Origin: Protaetiibacter sp.
Lineage (GTDB): Bacteria > Actinomycetota > Actinomycetes > Actinomycetales > Microbacteriaceae
Direction of reading: 5' to 3'
DNA: 64,000 bases
Assembly (NCBI GenBank): GCA_030150265.1
Contig: JASLGG010000051.1
Location: 51,798-115,797 of the forward strand
Made by a program: the position numbers and the translations under genes. This document shows, in pieces, positions 25,824 through 34,722 of this stretch. Within the stretch, counting starts at the first letter, position 1. Every line of letters starts with the position of its first letter. The notes below the pieces were generated by a model. That model did not search any database, had not been told where the DNA came from, and saw only the letters and a list, made by a program, of their open reading frames with translations.

Positions 25824-26846
25824 TCAGGCTGCCCCGAGCTGCCGCCGCGCCTCGTCGATCACGGCGAGCACCGCGACACTCGCGTCGAGCGGATGCTCGG
25901 GCGCCTCGAGCCGGCCGTCGGCCACATGCCGGGCCACCGCGGCGGCCTGGTAGCAGAGGCCGTCGCGCCACCGCATCCCGGTCTCGTCCTCCCAGTAGGC
26001 GTTGCCGCCGTCGGCCCGCCCGATCCGGAAACCTCCGGGCCCCACGAAGGGCTCCACCTCGAGCCGCATGCCGTTGGAGCCGGCGATCATCGCCGTGATC
26101 GGCAGGTCGACCGTCATGCTCGTGAACGAGCTCGCCGAGACCTCCTCGCCCCAGCCGAGCACGACGCGCGCGTCGGCGTCGACCCCGGTGGGCGCGAGCT
26201 CGCCGGTGGCCGCGACGGAGTCGGGCGCGCCGAAGCAGAAGTGGCTCCACCACAGCGTGTAGACGCCCAGGTCGAGGAGGCTGCCGCCGCCGAGCGCCGG
26301 GTCGAAGGCGCGGCTGTGCGGGTCGTACTCGAAGCGCCCGGCGAAGGTCGCCGCGGCGCCGAGCGGCGTGCCGAGCGCGCCGTCGTCGAGCAGCCGGCGC
26401 ACGATCGTGGTCTGCGGGAGGAACCGCGACCACATCGCCTCCATCGCGAAGACGCCGGCCATGCGCGCCGCCGCCGCGATCTCGGCGGCATCGGAGGCCG
26501 AGACCCCGAGCGGCTTCTCGACGAGCACGTGCTTGCCCGCGTCGATCGCGAGGAGCGCCAGGCGGCGGTGCTCGGTGTGCGGCGCCGCGACGTAGACGAC
26601 GTCGACCTCCGGATCGGCGACGAGCGCCTCGTAGGCGCCGTACGCCCGCGGGATGCCGTGCCGCTGCGCGAACGCCTCCGCGCGATCCGCCGATCGTGAC
26701 GCGACCGCGACCACGCGCTGGTCGGTGAAGCGGTGCACGCTCGCGACCCAGTCGTGCGCGATGCCTCCGGGCGCCAGCACGCCCCAGCGCAGGGCGGGAC
26801 CGCCGCGCAGCGGCGCGTGACTCGGCTCGGGGAAGACGAAGCTCAT
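25824..26846 (-). CDS. Gfo/Idh/MocA-family oxidoreductase
   Basis: Track ORF of 340 aa. N-terminal Rossmann 'LRWGVLAPGGIAHDW' and 'VLVEKPLG'. Confidence 0.85.
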   Translation of the reverse strand: MSFVFPEPSHAPLRGGPALRWGVLAPGGIAHDWVASVHRFTDQRVVAVASRSADRAEAFAQRHGIPRAYGAYEALVADPEVDVVYVAAPHTEHRRLALLAIDAGKHVLVEKPLGVSASDAAEIAAAARMAGVFAMEAMWSRFLPQTTIVRRLLDDGALGTPLGAAATFAGRFEYDPHSRAFDPALGGGSLLDLGVYTLWWSHFCFGAPDSVAATGELAPTGVDADARVVLGWGEEVSASSFTSMTVDLPITAMIAGSNGMRLEVEPFVGPGGFRIGRADGGNAYWEDETGMRWRDGLCYQAAAVARHVADGRLEAPEHPLDASVAVLAVIDEARRQLGAA

Positions 26847-26855
26847 GCCCGCACG

Positions 26856-28097
26856 CTAGCGGGTGCCGCGCCCGTCGAGCACGGCGGCGAGCTGATCGAC
26901 CGCCCAGTCGACCTCCTCGGGCTCGATCACGATCGGCGGCGCGAGCCGGATGGTGGAGCCGTGGGTGTCCTTCGCGAGCACGCCGCGCTCGGCGAGCAGC
27001 TCGGCCACCCGGCGCCCGGACGCCAGCCCCGGGTCGATGTCGATGCCCGCCCAGAGCCCCGCGGAGCGCACCTCGACGACGCCGCGGCCGAGGAGCGCGT
27101 CGAGCCGCTCGCGCAGCCGCGCGCCGAGCGCGCTCGCGCGGCGCTGGTAGTCGCCCGTCTCGAGCAGCCCGACCACGGCGAGGCCGACCGCGGCCGCGAG
27201 CGGGTTGCCGCCGAAGGTGGAGCCGTGCTCGCCGGGTCGCAGCACGCCCAGCACCTCGGCGTCGCCCACGACCGCGCTCACCGGTACGATGCCGCCGCCG
27301 AGCGCCTTGCCGAGCAGGTAGAGGTCGGGGATGACGCCCACCCGCTCGCACTCGAAGGTCGCGCCGGTGCGCCCGAGGCCCGACTGGATCTCGTCGGCGA
27401 TGAACAGCACGCCCGCCTCGTGCGTGAGACGCCGCACCTCGGCGAGGTATCCGTCGGGGGGGATCACGATGCCCGCCTCGCCCTGGATCGGCTCGAGCAG
27501 CACCGCGACGGTGTCGTCGTCGAGCGCGGCCGCGAGAGCCGCCGCGTCGCCGTACGGCACCGACACGAAGCCGGGCGTGTACGGGCCGAAGTCGTCCCGC
27601 GCATCCGGGTCGCTCGAGAAGCTCACGATCGTCGTGGTGCGGCCATGGAAGTTGCCGTCGGCCACGACGATCTTCGCGCGACCGGGGGCGACGCCCTTGA
27701 CGCGGTAGCCCCACGCCCGCGCCACCTTGATGGCCGACTCGACGGCCTCGGCGCCCGTGTTCATGGGCAGCACCATCTGCTTGCCGGCGAGCGTCGCGAG
27801 CCCCTCGAGGAACGGCCCGAGCCGGTCGTTGTGGAAGGCGCGGCTCGTGAGCGTGAGCCGGTCGAGCTGCGCCTTCGCCGCGTCGACGAGCAGCGGATGC
27901 CCGTGCCCGAAGTTGAGCGCGGAGTACGCGGCGAGGCAGTCGAGGTAGCGCCGCCCCTCGACGTCGGTCACCCACGCGCCGAAGGCCTCGGCGACCACGA
28001 CGGGCAGCGGGTGGTAGTTGCGGGCGCCGTACTCCTCGGCCTGCGCCAGGTACCGGGCGGTCGCGCCTGCGGGCGGCACGGATGCGGTGGGGACCAT
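26856..28097 (-). CDS. rocD: Ornithine aminotransferase (class III PLP aminotransferase)
   Basis: ATG at 28097 in the frame of track ORF 26856..28175 (413 aa). 'NYHPLPVV', 'DEIQSGLGRTG' and 'LGKALGGG'. The start is not certain. Confidence 0.88.
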   Translation of the reverse strand: MVPTASVPPAGATARYLAQAEEYGARNYHPLPVVVAEAFGAWVTDVEGRRYLDCLAAYSALNFGHGHPLLVDAAKAQLDRLTLTSRAFHNDRLGPFLEGLATLAGKQMVLPMNTGAEAVESAIKVARAWGYRVKGVAPGRAKIVVADGNFHGRTTTIVSFSSDPDARDDFGPYTPGFVSVPYGDAAALAAALDDDTVAVLLEPIQGEAGIVIPPDGYLAEVRRLTHEAGVLFIADEIQSGLGRTGATFECERVGVIPDLYLLGKALGGGIVPVSAVVGDAEVLGVLRPGEHGSTFGGNPLAAAVGLAVVGLLETGDYQRRASALGARLRERLDALLGRGVVEVRSAGLWAGIDIDPGLASGRRVAELLAERGVLAKDTHGSTIRLAPPIVIEPEEVDWAVDQLAAVLDGRGTR

Positions 28098-28201
28098 GCG
28101 CGCCAGTCTCCCACGCAGCCATCCGGTGCAACCCTGCGTCATGTGCAGCAATCGTGCGCACGACCCCGCTCCCACGCAATGATCCCCCGTATGCTGACGC
28201 G

Positions 28202-28639
28202 GTGGACAACATCGACTACGGCATCCTCGACCTGCTCCGGCAGAACTCGCGTGCGGGCTACGGCGACATCGGCGACCGGGTCGGGCTCTCGGCGTCCGCG
28301 GTGAAGCGCCGCGTCGACCGGCTCGTGGCCGACGGGGTGATCCGCGCGTTCACGATCCAGGTCGACCCGGCGGTCGACGGGATGGCCACCGAGGCCTACG
28401 TCGAGCTGTTCTGCCGCGGCACGGTCGCCCCCGAGGAGTTGAAGCGCATCCTCTCCCAGGTGCCGGAGGTCGTCGACGCCTCCACCGTGACGGGCGACGC
28501 GGATGCCGTGGTGCACATCCGCTCGCGCGACATCCCCTCGCTCGAGGACGCCCTCGAGCGCGTGCGCATCGCGCCGAGCGTCGACCACACGCGCAGCGCG
28601 ATCGTGCTGAGCCACCTCATCCATCGCAGCTACGACTGA
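28202..28639 (+). CDS. Lrp/AsnC-family transcriptional regulator
   Basis: GTG at 28202 in the frame of track ORF 28082..28639 (145 aa). HTH 'DYGILDLLRQNSRAGYGDIGDRVGLSASAVKRRVDRLVADGVI' plus a RAM domain. Divergent from rocD. Confidence 0.85.
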   Translation: MDNIDYGILDLLRQNSRAGYGDIGDRVGLSASAVKRRVDRLVADGVIRAFTIQVDPAVDGMATEAYVELFCRGTVAPEELKRILSQVPEVVDASTVTGDADAVVHIRSRDIPSLEDALERVRIAPSVDHTRSAIVLSHLIHRSYD

Positions 28640-28648
28640 GCTTGCGCG

Positions 28649-28684
28649 TCAAGTTATGTATCAGTACATTGATACATAACTTGA
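28649..28684. promoter_or_regulatory. AT-rich perfect inverted repeat, likely operator of the downstream membrane-protein/GntR operon
   Basis: TCAAGTTATGTATCA-GTACAT-TGATACATAACTTGA: 15-bp perfect arms and a 6-nt spacer, about 30% GC in a roughly 70% GC context. Ends 15 nt before the ATG at 28700. Confidence 0.65.
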
Positions 28685-28699
28685 ACAAAGGATCGCAGG

Positions 28700-29644
28700 A
28701 TGTCGCTTGAAACCCTCCTCGGCACCGCGGCCATCACCGTCCTGGTGGTGATCGTCTCGCTCGTCATGGTGATCGTCTCGCGCGGCAGGCACCCCGAGCG
28801 CCTCTCGCGCCGGCTCGGGCTCGCACTTCCCGACGACCCGGCCCTGCGCGACGAGATCCTCCGACGCGGCCGGCATCGCACGCTGTGGGTGTCGGTGGGC
28901 GCCTGCCTCGGCTTCGTCGTCACGATCGCGATCGTGCTGGCCGCCGCGGTGACGGGGCTCATCCCCGACCCGGGCACCGGCGCCGCCTGGACCGGGCTCG
29001 CGGGCCTCGTGCTCGGCGGCGCGATCGCGGCGCTCTGCGTCGTGCTCGGCTCACGGCATCCGGTCGACCCGAGCCGCCCCCGCGTCGCCCACGCCCGGCG
29101 CACCGAGCTCGCCGACTACCTCGACCCCATCGAGCTCGTCGGCGCACGGGTCGTGGCGGGGCTGGGCGCCGTGGCGACCGCCCTGGCGCTCGCGCTTCCC
29201 GGCAGCAGCTGGATGATGGAGGGGCAGCCGCTCGCGGCGGGCGTCCTCGCCGTCGGCGGCCTGATCGGACTCGTGCTCCTCGAGCTCGGCGGCCGACGGG
29301 TGGTGCTCGCCCGCCCGCGCGTCGCGGATACCCCGGTCGCGCTCGCCTGGGACGACGCGACCCGCGCCACCGAGCTGCGCGCCCTCGCCACGGCGCCCCT
29401 CATGATGGGCGCCTACTCCCTCGCCTTCGGCAGCTTCGCGTCGCTCGGACCCGCGCTGCGCCTGCTCCCCGACGTCGCCGCGGGCATCCTGATCAACGTG
29501 ACGTTCTTCGTGCTCCTCGCCGCGCTGGTGACCGTGGCCGTGGTCGCGACCTCCCGCAAGCCCGAGCAGTTCTACCTGCGTCGGCTGTGGCCCGAGGTGG
29601 CGGCAGCCAACGCCGCGAACACGCGCACGAGGTACAGCCGATGA
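28700..29644 (+). CDS. Polytopic membrane protein, unknown function
   Basis: Track ORF of 314 aa with about 7-8 TM helices. ATGA overlap with the GntR gene. Confidence 0.7.
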   Translation: MSLETLLGTAAITVLVVIVSLVMVIVSRGRHPERLSRRLGLALPDDPALRDEILRRGRHRTLWVSVGACLGFVVTIAIVLAAAVTGLIPDPGTGAAWTGLAGLVLGGAIAALCVVLGSRHPVDPSRPRVAHARRTELADYLDPIELVGARVVAGLGAVATALALALPGSSWMMEGQPLAAGVLAVGGLIGLVLLELGGRRVVLARPRVADTPVALAWDDATRATELRALATAPLMMGAYSLAFGSFASLGPALRLLPDVAAGILINVTFFVLLAALVTVAVVATSRKPEQFYLRRLWPEVAAANAANTRTRYSR

Positions 29645-30093
29645 ACATCCTCACGATCGACCCCGCCTCCCCCGTGCCGCCGTTCGAGCAGCTGCGCACC
29701 GCACTGCTCGCCCGGATGCAGGACGGCGCCCTCCCGGCGGGCAGTCGCCTGCCCACCGTGCGGCAGCTCGCGGCCGACCTCGGCATCGCACCCGGCACGG
29801 TCGCCCGTGCCTACAAGGAGCTCGAGGCCTCCGGCGCGATCGAGACGCGCGGCCGCGGCGGCACCGTCGTGGCGTGGTCGCCGGATGCCGGCGAGCGCCG
29901 CGTGCAGGAGCTCGCCGCCCAGCTCTCCGCCGCGGCACGCGAGAACGGGGTGGCCGCCGAGCGCGTCCGCGCGCTCGTGGACGCGGCGCTCGGCGCCGCC
30001 GCTGCGCCCGCCGCACCCGTTGCACCCGCCGCCGCACCCGTTGCACCCGCCGCACCCGCCGCACCCGCCGCACCCGCCGCACCCGCTGGTTGA
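29641..30093 (+). CDS. GntR-family (YtrA-like, short) transcriptional regulator with a Pro/Ala repeat tail
   Basis: ATG at 29641 in the frame of track ORF 28885..30093 (150 aa). Winged HTH 'LPTVRQLAADLGIAPGTVARAYKELEASGAIETRGRGGT'. C-terminal tail 'APAAPVAPAAAPVAPAAPAAPAAPAAPAG'. Confidence 0.85.
   Translation: MNILTIDPASPVPPFEQLRTALLARMQDGALPAGSRLPTVRQLAADLGIAPGTVARAYKELEASGAIETRGRGGTVVAWSPDAGERRVQELAAQLSAAARENGVAAERVRALVDAALGAAAAPAAPVAPAAAPVAPAAPAAPAAPAAPAG
30013..30087 (+). repeat. Tandem 9-bp repeat (GCACCCGCC and variants, about 8 units) inside the GntR 3' end
   Basis: Read directly: GCACCCGTT GCACCCGCC GCC GCACCCGTT GCACCCGCC GCACCCGCC GCACCCGCC GCACCCGCC GCACCCGCT. Confidence 0.85.
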
Positions 30094-30254
30094 GTAGCGC
30101 CGCAGGCGCGTATCGAAACCAGCTCGCGTGCCACGAGAGAGCCGTGGGTTTCGATACGCCGCTCCGCGGCTACTCAACCAGTGGGAGCAGCCAGCGGGCA
30201 GACAGCTCAACCAGCGGGAGTGAGGGGCAGCGGGCAGACAGCTCAACCAGCGGG
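30088..30254. repeat. Composite REP-like intergenic element: 33-bp imperfect inverted repeat plus 27-bp direct repeat
   Basis: Arms are 30088-30120 (GGTTGAGTAGCGCCGCAGGCGCGTATCGAAACC) and 30147-30179 (GGTTTCGATACGCCGCTCCGCGGCTACTCAACC). CAGCGGGCAGACAGCTCAACCAGCGGG then occurs at 30192-30218 and 30228-30254. CTCAACCAG[C/T]GGG occurs three times. Confidence 0.7.
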
Positions 30255-30297
30255 TCGGAGCGGCGATACCGACAGGCACTCGCCGGTGTCGGCACTC

Positions 30298-30331
30298 GAT
30301 CGGCCGGGCGCTCGCGCACGGCCGGCCGATC
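30298..30331 (-). terminator. Hairpin downstream of the minus-strand aldo/keto reductase
   Basis: GATCGGCCGG-N14-CCGGCCGATC: a perfect 10-bp stem about 37 nt past the stop at 30368. No U-tract. Confidence 0.3.
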
Positions 30332-30367
30332 GGCCGAGCGCCGCGGACTACCGCGGAGCCAGAAGAC

Positions 30368-31195
30368 TCAGTGCCCTTCCACGTCCGAGTCGACCCCCGC
30401 GTGCGGGCCGCGCGAGAGCGCGCCGAGCGCGACCATGTCGGTCTCGCTGAGCTCGAAGTCGAAGACAGCGAGGTTGTCGCGCATCCGTTGGGGCGACGAC
30501 GAGCGCGGGATCGCCACGAGCCCGTGCTGCACGTGCCAGCGCAGCACGATCTGCGCGGGCGAGCGACCGTGCTCCCGGGCGATCTCCCGCACGATCGGCT
30601 CGTCGAGGATGCGCGCGCCCGAGCCGCCGAGCGGGCTCCAGGACTCGGTCACGATGCCGTGCTTCTCGTCGTAGGCGCGCTGGGCGGGCCGGGTGACGAA
30701 GGGGTTGAGCTCGATTTGGTTGACCGCGGGCACGACCGAGGTCTCGGCGAGCAGCGTGTCGAGGTGCGAGGTGCGGAAGTTGGAGACGCCGATCGCCCGC
30801 GCCCGGCCCTCCGCGTGCAGCCGCTGGAAGGTGAGCCAGGTGTCGACGAAGAGGCCTCGCTGCGGGAGCGGCCAGTGCATGAGCAGCAGGTCGATGTAGT
30901 CGAGTCCGAGCCGGTCGAGCGCGGCCTCGAGCCCGCCGACCGCCTTGTCGCCGCCCTGGAACTCGCCGTCGAGCTTGGTGGTCACGAAGAGCTCCGCGCG
31001 CGGCACGGCGGCGCGCCGGATGCCCTCCCCCACGCCCGACTCGTTGCCGTAGCGCACGGCGGTGTCGATGTGCCGGTAGCCGAGCTCGAGCGCAGCCGCC
31101 ACGGCGTCCGCTGCCGCGTCGTCGTCGAGCGGTGAGGTGCCGAGGCCGAGCTGCGGGATGCGCGCCCCGGTGTTGAGGAGGATCTCGGGGATCAT
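30368..31195 (-). CDS. Aldo/keto reductase (2,5-diketo-D-gluconate-reductase-like)
   Basis: Track ORF of 275 aa. 'GYRHIDTAVRYGNE', 'LFVTTKL', 'LLMHWP' and 'QIELNPF'. Confidence 0.9.
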   Translation of the reverse strand: MIPEILLNTGARIPQLGLGTSPLDDDAAADAVAAALELGYRHIDTAVRYGNESGVGEGIRRAAVPRAELFVTTKLDGEFQGGDKAVGGLEAALDRLGLDYIDLLLMHWPLPQRGLFVDTWLTFQRLHAEGRARAIGVSNFRTSHLDTLLAETSVVPAVNQIELNPFVTRPAQRAYDEKHGIVTESWSPLGGSGARILDEPIVREIAREHGRSPAQIVLRWHVQHGLVAIPRSSSPQRMRDNLAVFDFELSETDMVALGALSRGPHAGVDSDVEGH

Positions 31196-31237
31196 GCCTC
31201 CACGCTACGCCGCCCGGCGCGGGGTGGCATGGGCAAG

Positions 31238-34200
31238 CTAGATCTCGAGCGCCGCCATCGCCCGATCCGGGTTGCCGAAGCGGTGCGCCGTGACCGACAC
31301 CGCCTGCTCGCGCAGGAACGGCAGCAGCTCGATCCGGCCGGCGGCCGTGACGGCCCCCGCGTAGAGGGCGACGTCGATCGAGCCGCCGAGCGCGGTCGCG
31401 AGCGCGGCGGCGTCGCCGCCGACGAGGCGGATGCGCGCGGGCAGCTCGCGTGCGGCGCGCGCGGCGAAGGCGGCATCCGACTCCACGACCGCGGTCCAGC
31501 CGAGCGCCGCGCCGGTGCCGGTCGCGCGCAGCGGCGTCGCCGAGCTGATCGCGAGCGGCGCCCGGGCGAGGGCCGCCGCCGCGAGCACGCGCACGAGGTC
31601 GGCGAGCGCGCCGTCCTCGGCGAGCCGCACGGTGACGGGCGCCGGACGGTAGCGGAACACGTTCCGCTCCACGCCGAGCTGCGACACGTCCCGCGAGCCG
31701 CCGAACTCCACGGCCCACGCCGCGGCATCCGAGAAGGCGCCCCGACGCACGGCGTCGAAGCCCTCGTAGTCGAGCGACGGCTGGAACGCCTCGACGAGCG
31801 CACGCACGCGCGGCTCGAGCCCGTCGAGCCGCAGGTCGCCCGCGGGCGCGACGGGCACCGGATGCCAAGCGCCCAGCACGAGCAGGGTGTTCGGCCCGCC
31901 CGCCTTCGCCCCCGCGCCGACCGCGGAGCGCTTCCATCCGCCGAACGGCTGCCGGCGCACGATCGCCCCCGTGATGGGCCGGTTCACGTAGAGGTTGCCG
32001 GCCTGCACCCGGTCGATCCAGCGCGCGACCTCGTCGGTGTCGAGGGAGTGGATGCCGGCCGTGAGCCCGTAGTCGACGGCGTTCTGCAGCGCGAGCGCCT
32101 CGTCGAGGTCGCGGGCGCGCATGAGGCCGAGCACGGGCCCGAAGTACTCGGTGCGGTGGAACTCGGATCCCGGGGCCACCCCGTCGCGCACGCCCGGCGA
32201 CCAGAGGCGGTCGCTCGCATCGAGCTGGCGCGGCTTCACGAGCCACGACTCGCCCTCGGCGAGCTGGGTGAGGCCGCGCGCGAGCTTGCCGGCCACGGGC
32301 TCGATCACCGGCCCGACGACGGCGGCAGGGTCCTGGGGGTAGCCGACGGCGAGGCTCGTCACGGCATCCGCGAGCTGGCGGCGGAAGCGCTCCGAGTCGC
32401 CCACCGAGCCGACGAGGATCGCGAGCGAGGCGGCGGAGCACTTCTGCCCGGCGTTGCCGAAGGCGCTCGCCACGAGGTCCTTCACCGCGAGGTCGAGGTC
32501 GGCGCTCGGCGTGATGACGATCGCGTTCTTGCCGCTCGTCTCGGCGAGAAGCGGCAGCTCGGGCCGCCACGAGCGGAACAGGGCCGCGGTGTCGGAGGAG
32601 CCGGTGAGCACGACGCGGCCGACCTCGGGGGCCGTCACGAGCCGCCGGCCGAGCTCCCCCTCCTCCACGTCCACGAGCTGCACGAGCTCGCGCGGCACCC
32701 CCGCCTCCCACAGCGCCTCGGCCAGCACGGCGCCGGAGCGTCGAGCCTGCGGGGCGGGCTTGAGGATGACGGCGCCGCCCGCCGCGAGCGCCGCGAGCAC
32801 GCCTCCCGCCGGGATCGACACGGGGAAGTTCCACGGCGGCGTGACGAGCACGAGGGGCACCGGCGCGAAGGTGGCGTCGCGGATCGCGCCGAGCTCGCGC
32901 GCACGCTCCGCGTAGTAGAGGGCGAAGTCGACCGCCTCGCTCACCTCGACATCCGCCTCGGCGAGCGTCTTGCCGGTCTCGGCGGCCATCACCTCGATGA
33001 GGCGCCCCCGGAACACGGCGAGCACCTCGGCGACCCGCTCGAGCAGCTCGGCGCGCTCGTGGGCAGGCACGCGGCCCCACTCGGCCCCGCGTGCGGCGGC
33101 CGTCGCGAGGATCGCGTCCAGCCGGCCCGGGTCGTCGACGCGCGCGGCGGCGAGGGTGTCCAGGCCGAGCCGGCTGCGCGCGGAGCGCGCGATCACGTCG
33201 CGCGCCCACACCCGGTTGGCGGCGAGCGCCGGATCGGTGTCGGGCTCGTTGCGGAACTCCTGCGGCGCGCGCGGCAGCGGCGGGTTCATCCGGTTCTGGA
33301 GGCGGTTGGGGCGCGGAACCGAGGCGTCGAGAGCCTCGAGCGAGGCGGCGAAGCGCTGGGCCTCGCGCTCGAACACCTCCGGGTCGTCGAGGTCGAAGAT
33401 GCCCGACATGAAGTTCTCGGGACTCGCGTTCTCCTCGAGCCGCCGCACGAGGTAGCCGATCGCGGCGTCGAACTCGCCCGGATGCACGACCGGCGTGTAG
33501 AGCAGCAGCCGGCGGGTGTCGGCGCGCACCGCCTGCGCCTGGGCGGTCGCCATGCCGAGCAGCATCTCGATGTCGAGCTGGTGCTCCACCTCGCGAGCGG
33601 TCGCGAGCAGCCACGCGAAGGCCACGTCGAAGAGGTTGTGGCCCGCGACGCCGATGCGCACCGCGGATGCCGCCTCCGGGGTGAGGGCGGCCACCAGCAT
33701 CCGCTTGTAGTTGGTGTCGGTCTGCTGCTTGCTCGACCAGGTGGCGAGCGGCCAGCCGTGCACGGCCGCGTCGACCCGCTCCATCGCGAGGTTGGCGCCC
33801 TTGACGATGCGCACCTTGATGCCGGCGCCCCCGGATGCGACGCGCGCCCGCGCCCAGGCCGTCAGCTCCTGCAGGGCCGCGACCGAGTCGGGCAGGTAGG
33901 CCTGCAGCACGATGCCCGCCTCGAGACCGCGCAGCTCGGGCTCGTCGAGGAGCCGCGTGAAGACCGCGATCGTGAGGTCGAGATCGCGGTACTCCTCCAT
34001 GTCGAGGTTGATGAACTTGCGGGTGCGCGCGGCGGCGGCCTGCAGGTAGAGGGGTCGCAGCAGCTCCACGACGCGCTCGACCGTCTCGTCGAAGCCCCAC
34101 AGCGACAGCTGCGCGGCGACCGAGGACACCTTCACCGACACGTAGTCGACGTCGTCGCGCGCGAGCAGCTCGCGGGTGCCCGTGAGCCGGCGGGCCGCCT

Positions 34201-34660
34201 CCTTGTCGCCCAGCACCGCCTCGCCGAGCAGGTTGATGTTGAGCCGGGCGCCCTGCCCGCGCAGGCGGGCGAGGCTCTTGCCGAGCCGCGCGGGGGTCGC
34301 GTCGATCACGAGGTGGCTCACCATGCCGCGCAGCACGCGGCGCGCGATCGGGATGACGATGCGCGGCAAGAGCACCCCGAAGCCGCCGCCGAGCGCGATG
34401 AGCGCGCGCAGGTACCAGGGCAGGAACCGCGGGATGCGGCGGGAGAGCCTCTCGAAGCTCTTCGCGGCGACGCGCGGATCCTCGGGGCGCACCACGCGAT
34501 CGACGAAGCCGAGGGTGAACTCGAGGCCGAGCGGATCCTTGAGCACGCCGGCGAGGCGCGCGGCTCCCGCATCCGGCTTCGCCCCCGCGCTCGCGTCGAG
34601 CCAGCGCCGCACGAGGGCGACCGTGTCGTCGAAGGTCGGCAGATCGGTGGGCACCGCCAT
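31238..34660 (-). CDS. putA: Bifunctional proline dehydrogenase / 1-pyrroline-5-carboxylate dehydrogenase
   Basis: ATG at 34660 in the frame of track ORF 31238..35353 (1140 aa). PRODH barrel ('VSVKVSS', 'LQAYL', 'RIVKGAN') followed by an ALDH domain ('ETSGKNA', catalytic 'GQKCSA'). No N-terminal RHH DNA-binding domain. Confidence 0.93.
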   Translation of the reverse strand: MAVPTDLPTFDDTVALVRRWLDASAGAKPDAGAARLAGVLKDPLGLEFTLGFVDRVVRPEDPRVAAKSFERLSRRIPRFLPWYLRALIALGGGFGVLLPRIVIPIARRVLRGMVSHLVIDATPARLGKSLARLRGQGARLNINLLGEAVLGDKEAARRLTGTRELLARDDVDYVSVKVSSVAAQLSLWGFDETVERVVELLRPLYLQAAAARTRKFINLDMEEYRDLDLTIAVFTRLLDEPELRGLEAGIVLQAYLPDSVAALQELTAWARARVASGGAGIKVRIVKGANLAMERVDAAVHGWPLATWSSKQQTDTNYKRMLVAALTPEAASAVRIGVAGHNLFDVAFAWLLATAREVEHQLDIEMLLGMATAQAQAVRADTRRLLLYTPVVHPGEFDAAIGYLVRRLEENASPENFMSGIFDLDDPEVFEREAQRFAASLEALDASVPRPNRLQNRMNPPLPRAPQEFRNEPDTDPALAANRVWARDVIARSARSRLGLDTLAAARVDDPGRLDAILATAAARGAEWGRVPAHERAELLERVAEVLAVFRGRLIEVMAAETGKTLAEADVEVSEAVDFALYYAERARELGAIRDATFAPVPLVLVTPPWNFPVSIPAGGVLAALAAGGAVILKPAPQARRSGAVLAEALWEAGVPRELVQLVDVEEGELGRRLVTAPEVGRVVLTGSSDTAALFRSWRPELPLLAETSGKNAIVITPSADLDLAVKDLVASAFGNAGQKCSAASLAILVGSVGDSERFRRQLADAVTSLAVGYPQDPAAVVGPVIEPVAGKLARGLTQLAEGESWLVKPRQLDASDRLWSPGVRDGVAPGSEFHRTEYFGPVLGLMRARDLDEALALQNAVDYGLTAGIHSLDTDEVARWIDRVQAGNLYVNRPITGAIVRRQPFGGWKRSAVGAGAKAGGPNTLLVLGAWHPVPVAPAGDLRLDGLEPRVRALVEAFQPSLDYEGFDAVRRGAFSDAAAWAVEFGGSRDVSQLGVERNVFRYRPAPVTVRLAEDGALADLVRVLAAAALARAPLAISSATPLRATGTGAALGWTAVVESDAAFAARAARELPARIRLVGGDAAALATALGGSIDVALYAGAVTAAGRIELLPFLREQAVSVTAHRFGNPDRAMAALEI

Positions 34661-34722
34661 GTTCCGAGGATAGACAAGCGCCCCGCGCACTTTCCGTGCA
34701 CGGGGCGCTTCGTCGTTGCGGA

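Noticed and set aside
25774-28212. 812-aa minus-strand ORF covering the Gfo/Idh/MocA and rocD genes in another frame
   Set aside because: It is a wrong frame of two well-supported genes. Its composition is dominated by Arg, Ala, Gly and Pro.
30013-30254. Possible CRISPR-like array (9-bp tandem units and 27-bp direct repeats with 36-bp period)
   Set aside because: There are only two copies of the 27-mer, separated by a 9-bp gap. The 9-bp units are coding and contiguous with no spacers, and no cas genes lie in the window. The pattern fits a coding microsatellite plus a REP-like element.
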